Source of the DNA: Octopus vulgaris
Taxonomy: Eukaryota
Length of the DNA: 64,000 nt
Assembly: GCA_951406725.2 (NCBI GenBank)
Contig: OX597817.1
Location: forward strand, 164,548,001 to 164,612,000
Direction of reading: 5' to 3'
Positions within the stretch are counted from its first letter, which is position 1. Every line of letters begins with the position of its first letter. The notes under the pieces were generated by a model that was not told where the DNA came from, ran no database searches, and saw only the letters and a list, made by a program, of their open reading frames with translations. Positions 63,946-64,000 of this stretch are shown piece after piece. A program made the position numbers and the translations under genes.

Positions 63946-64000
63946 GATGACCTGAATAATGATAATAATAACACCGAGAAACACCTTAGGAATGAGAACC

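Overview
AT-rich, repeat-dense animal genomic DNA, most likely an octopus (coleoid cephalopod); this is inferred from the tRNA-SINE, RTE and microsatellite content. One host gene is supported, on the + strand: an HMGA-like AT-hook gene. Exon 1 is 14114-14203 (KRKRGRPRK) and exon 2 is 39480-39548 (KRARGRPKGSKNK); both have phase-0 GT/AG boundaries. A phase-compatible 1.58-kb terminal exon (47692/47698-49275) encodes a basic, Ser/Thr-rich low-complexity region and a C-terminal coiled coil, in place of the usual third AT-hook and acidic tail. The rest of the window is a layered transposon landscape: a 5'-truncated RTE LINE with a PHD-type finger and a hairpin-repeat 3'UTR, many RTE 3' stubs, three tRNA-SINE families and non-autonomous Helitrons. 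It also holds piggyBac-, hAT- and Tc1/mariner-type MITEs, Penelope remnants with decayed hammerhead-ribozyme motifs, and three GG...CC families with 8-bp TSDs (Merlin-like), two of which carry telomere-like repeats. Several local rearrangements are visible: an inverted duplication next to a telomere-like array, a palindromic MITE dimer, a 275-bp triplication and a templated insertion. Most ORFs in the supplied track are microsatellite or SINE artefacts. Coordinates were read by eye; degenerate-repeat boundaries are approximate.
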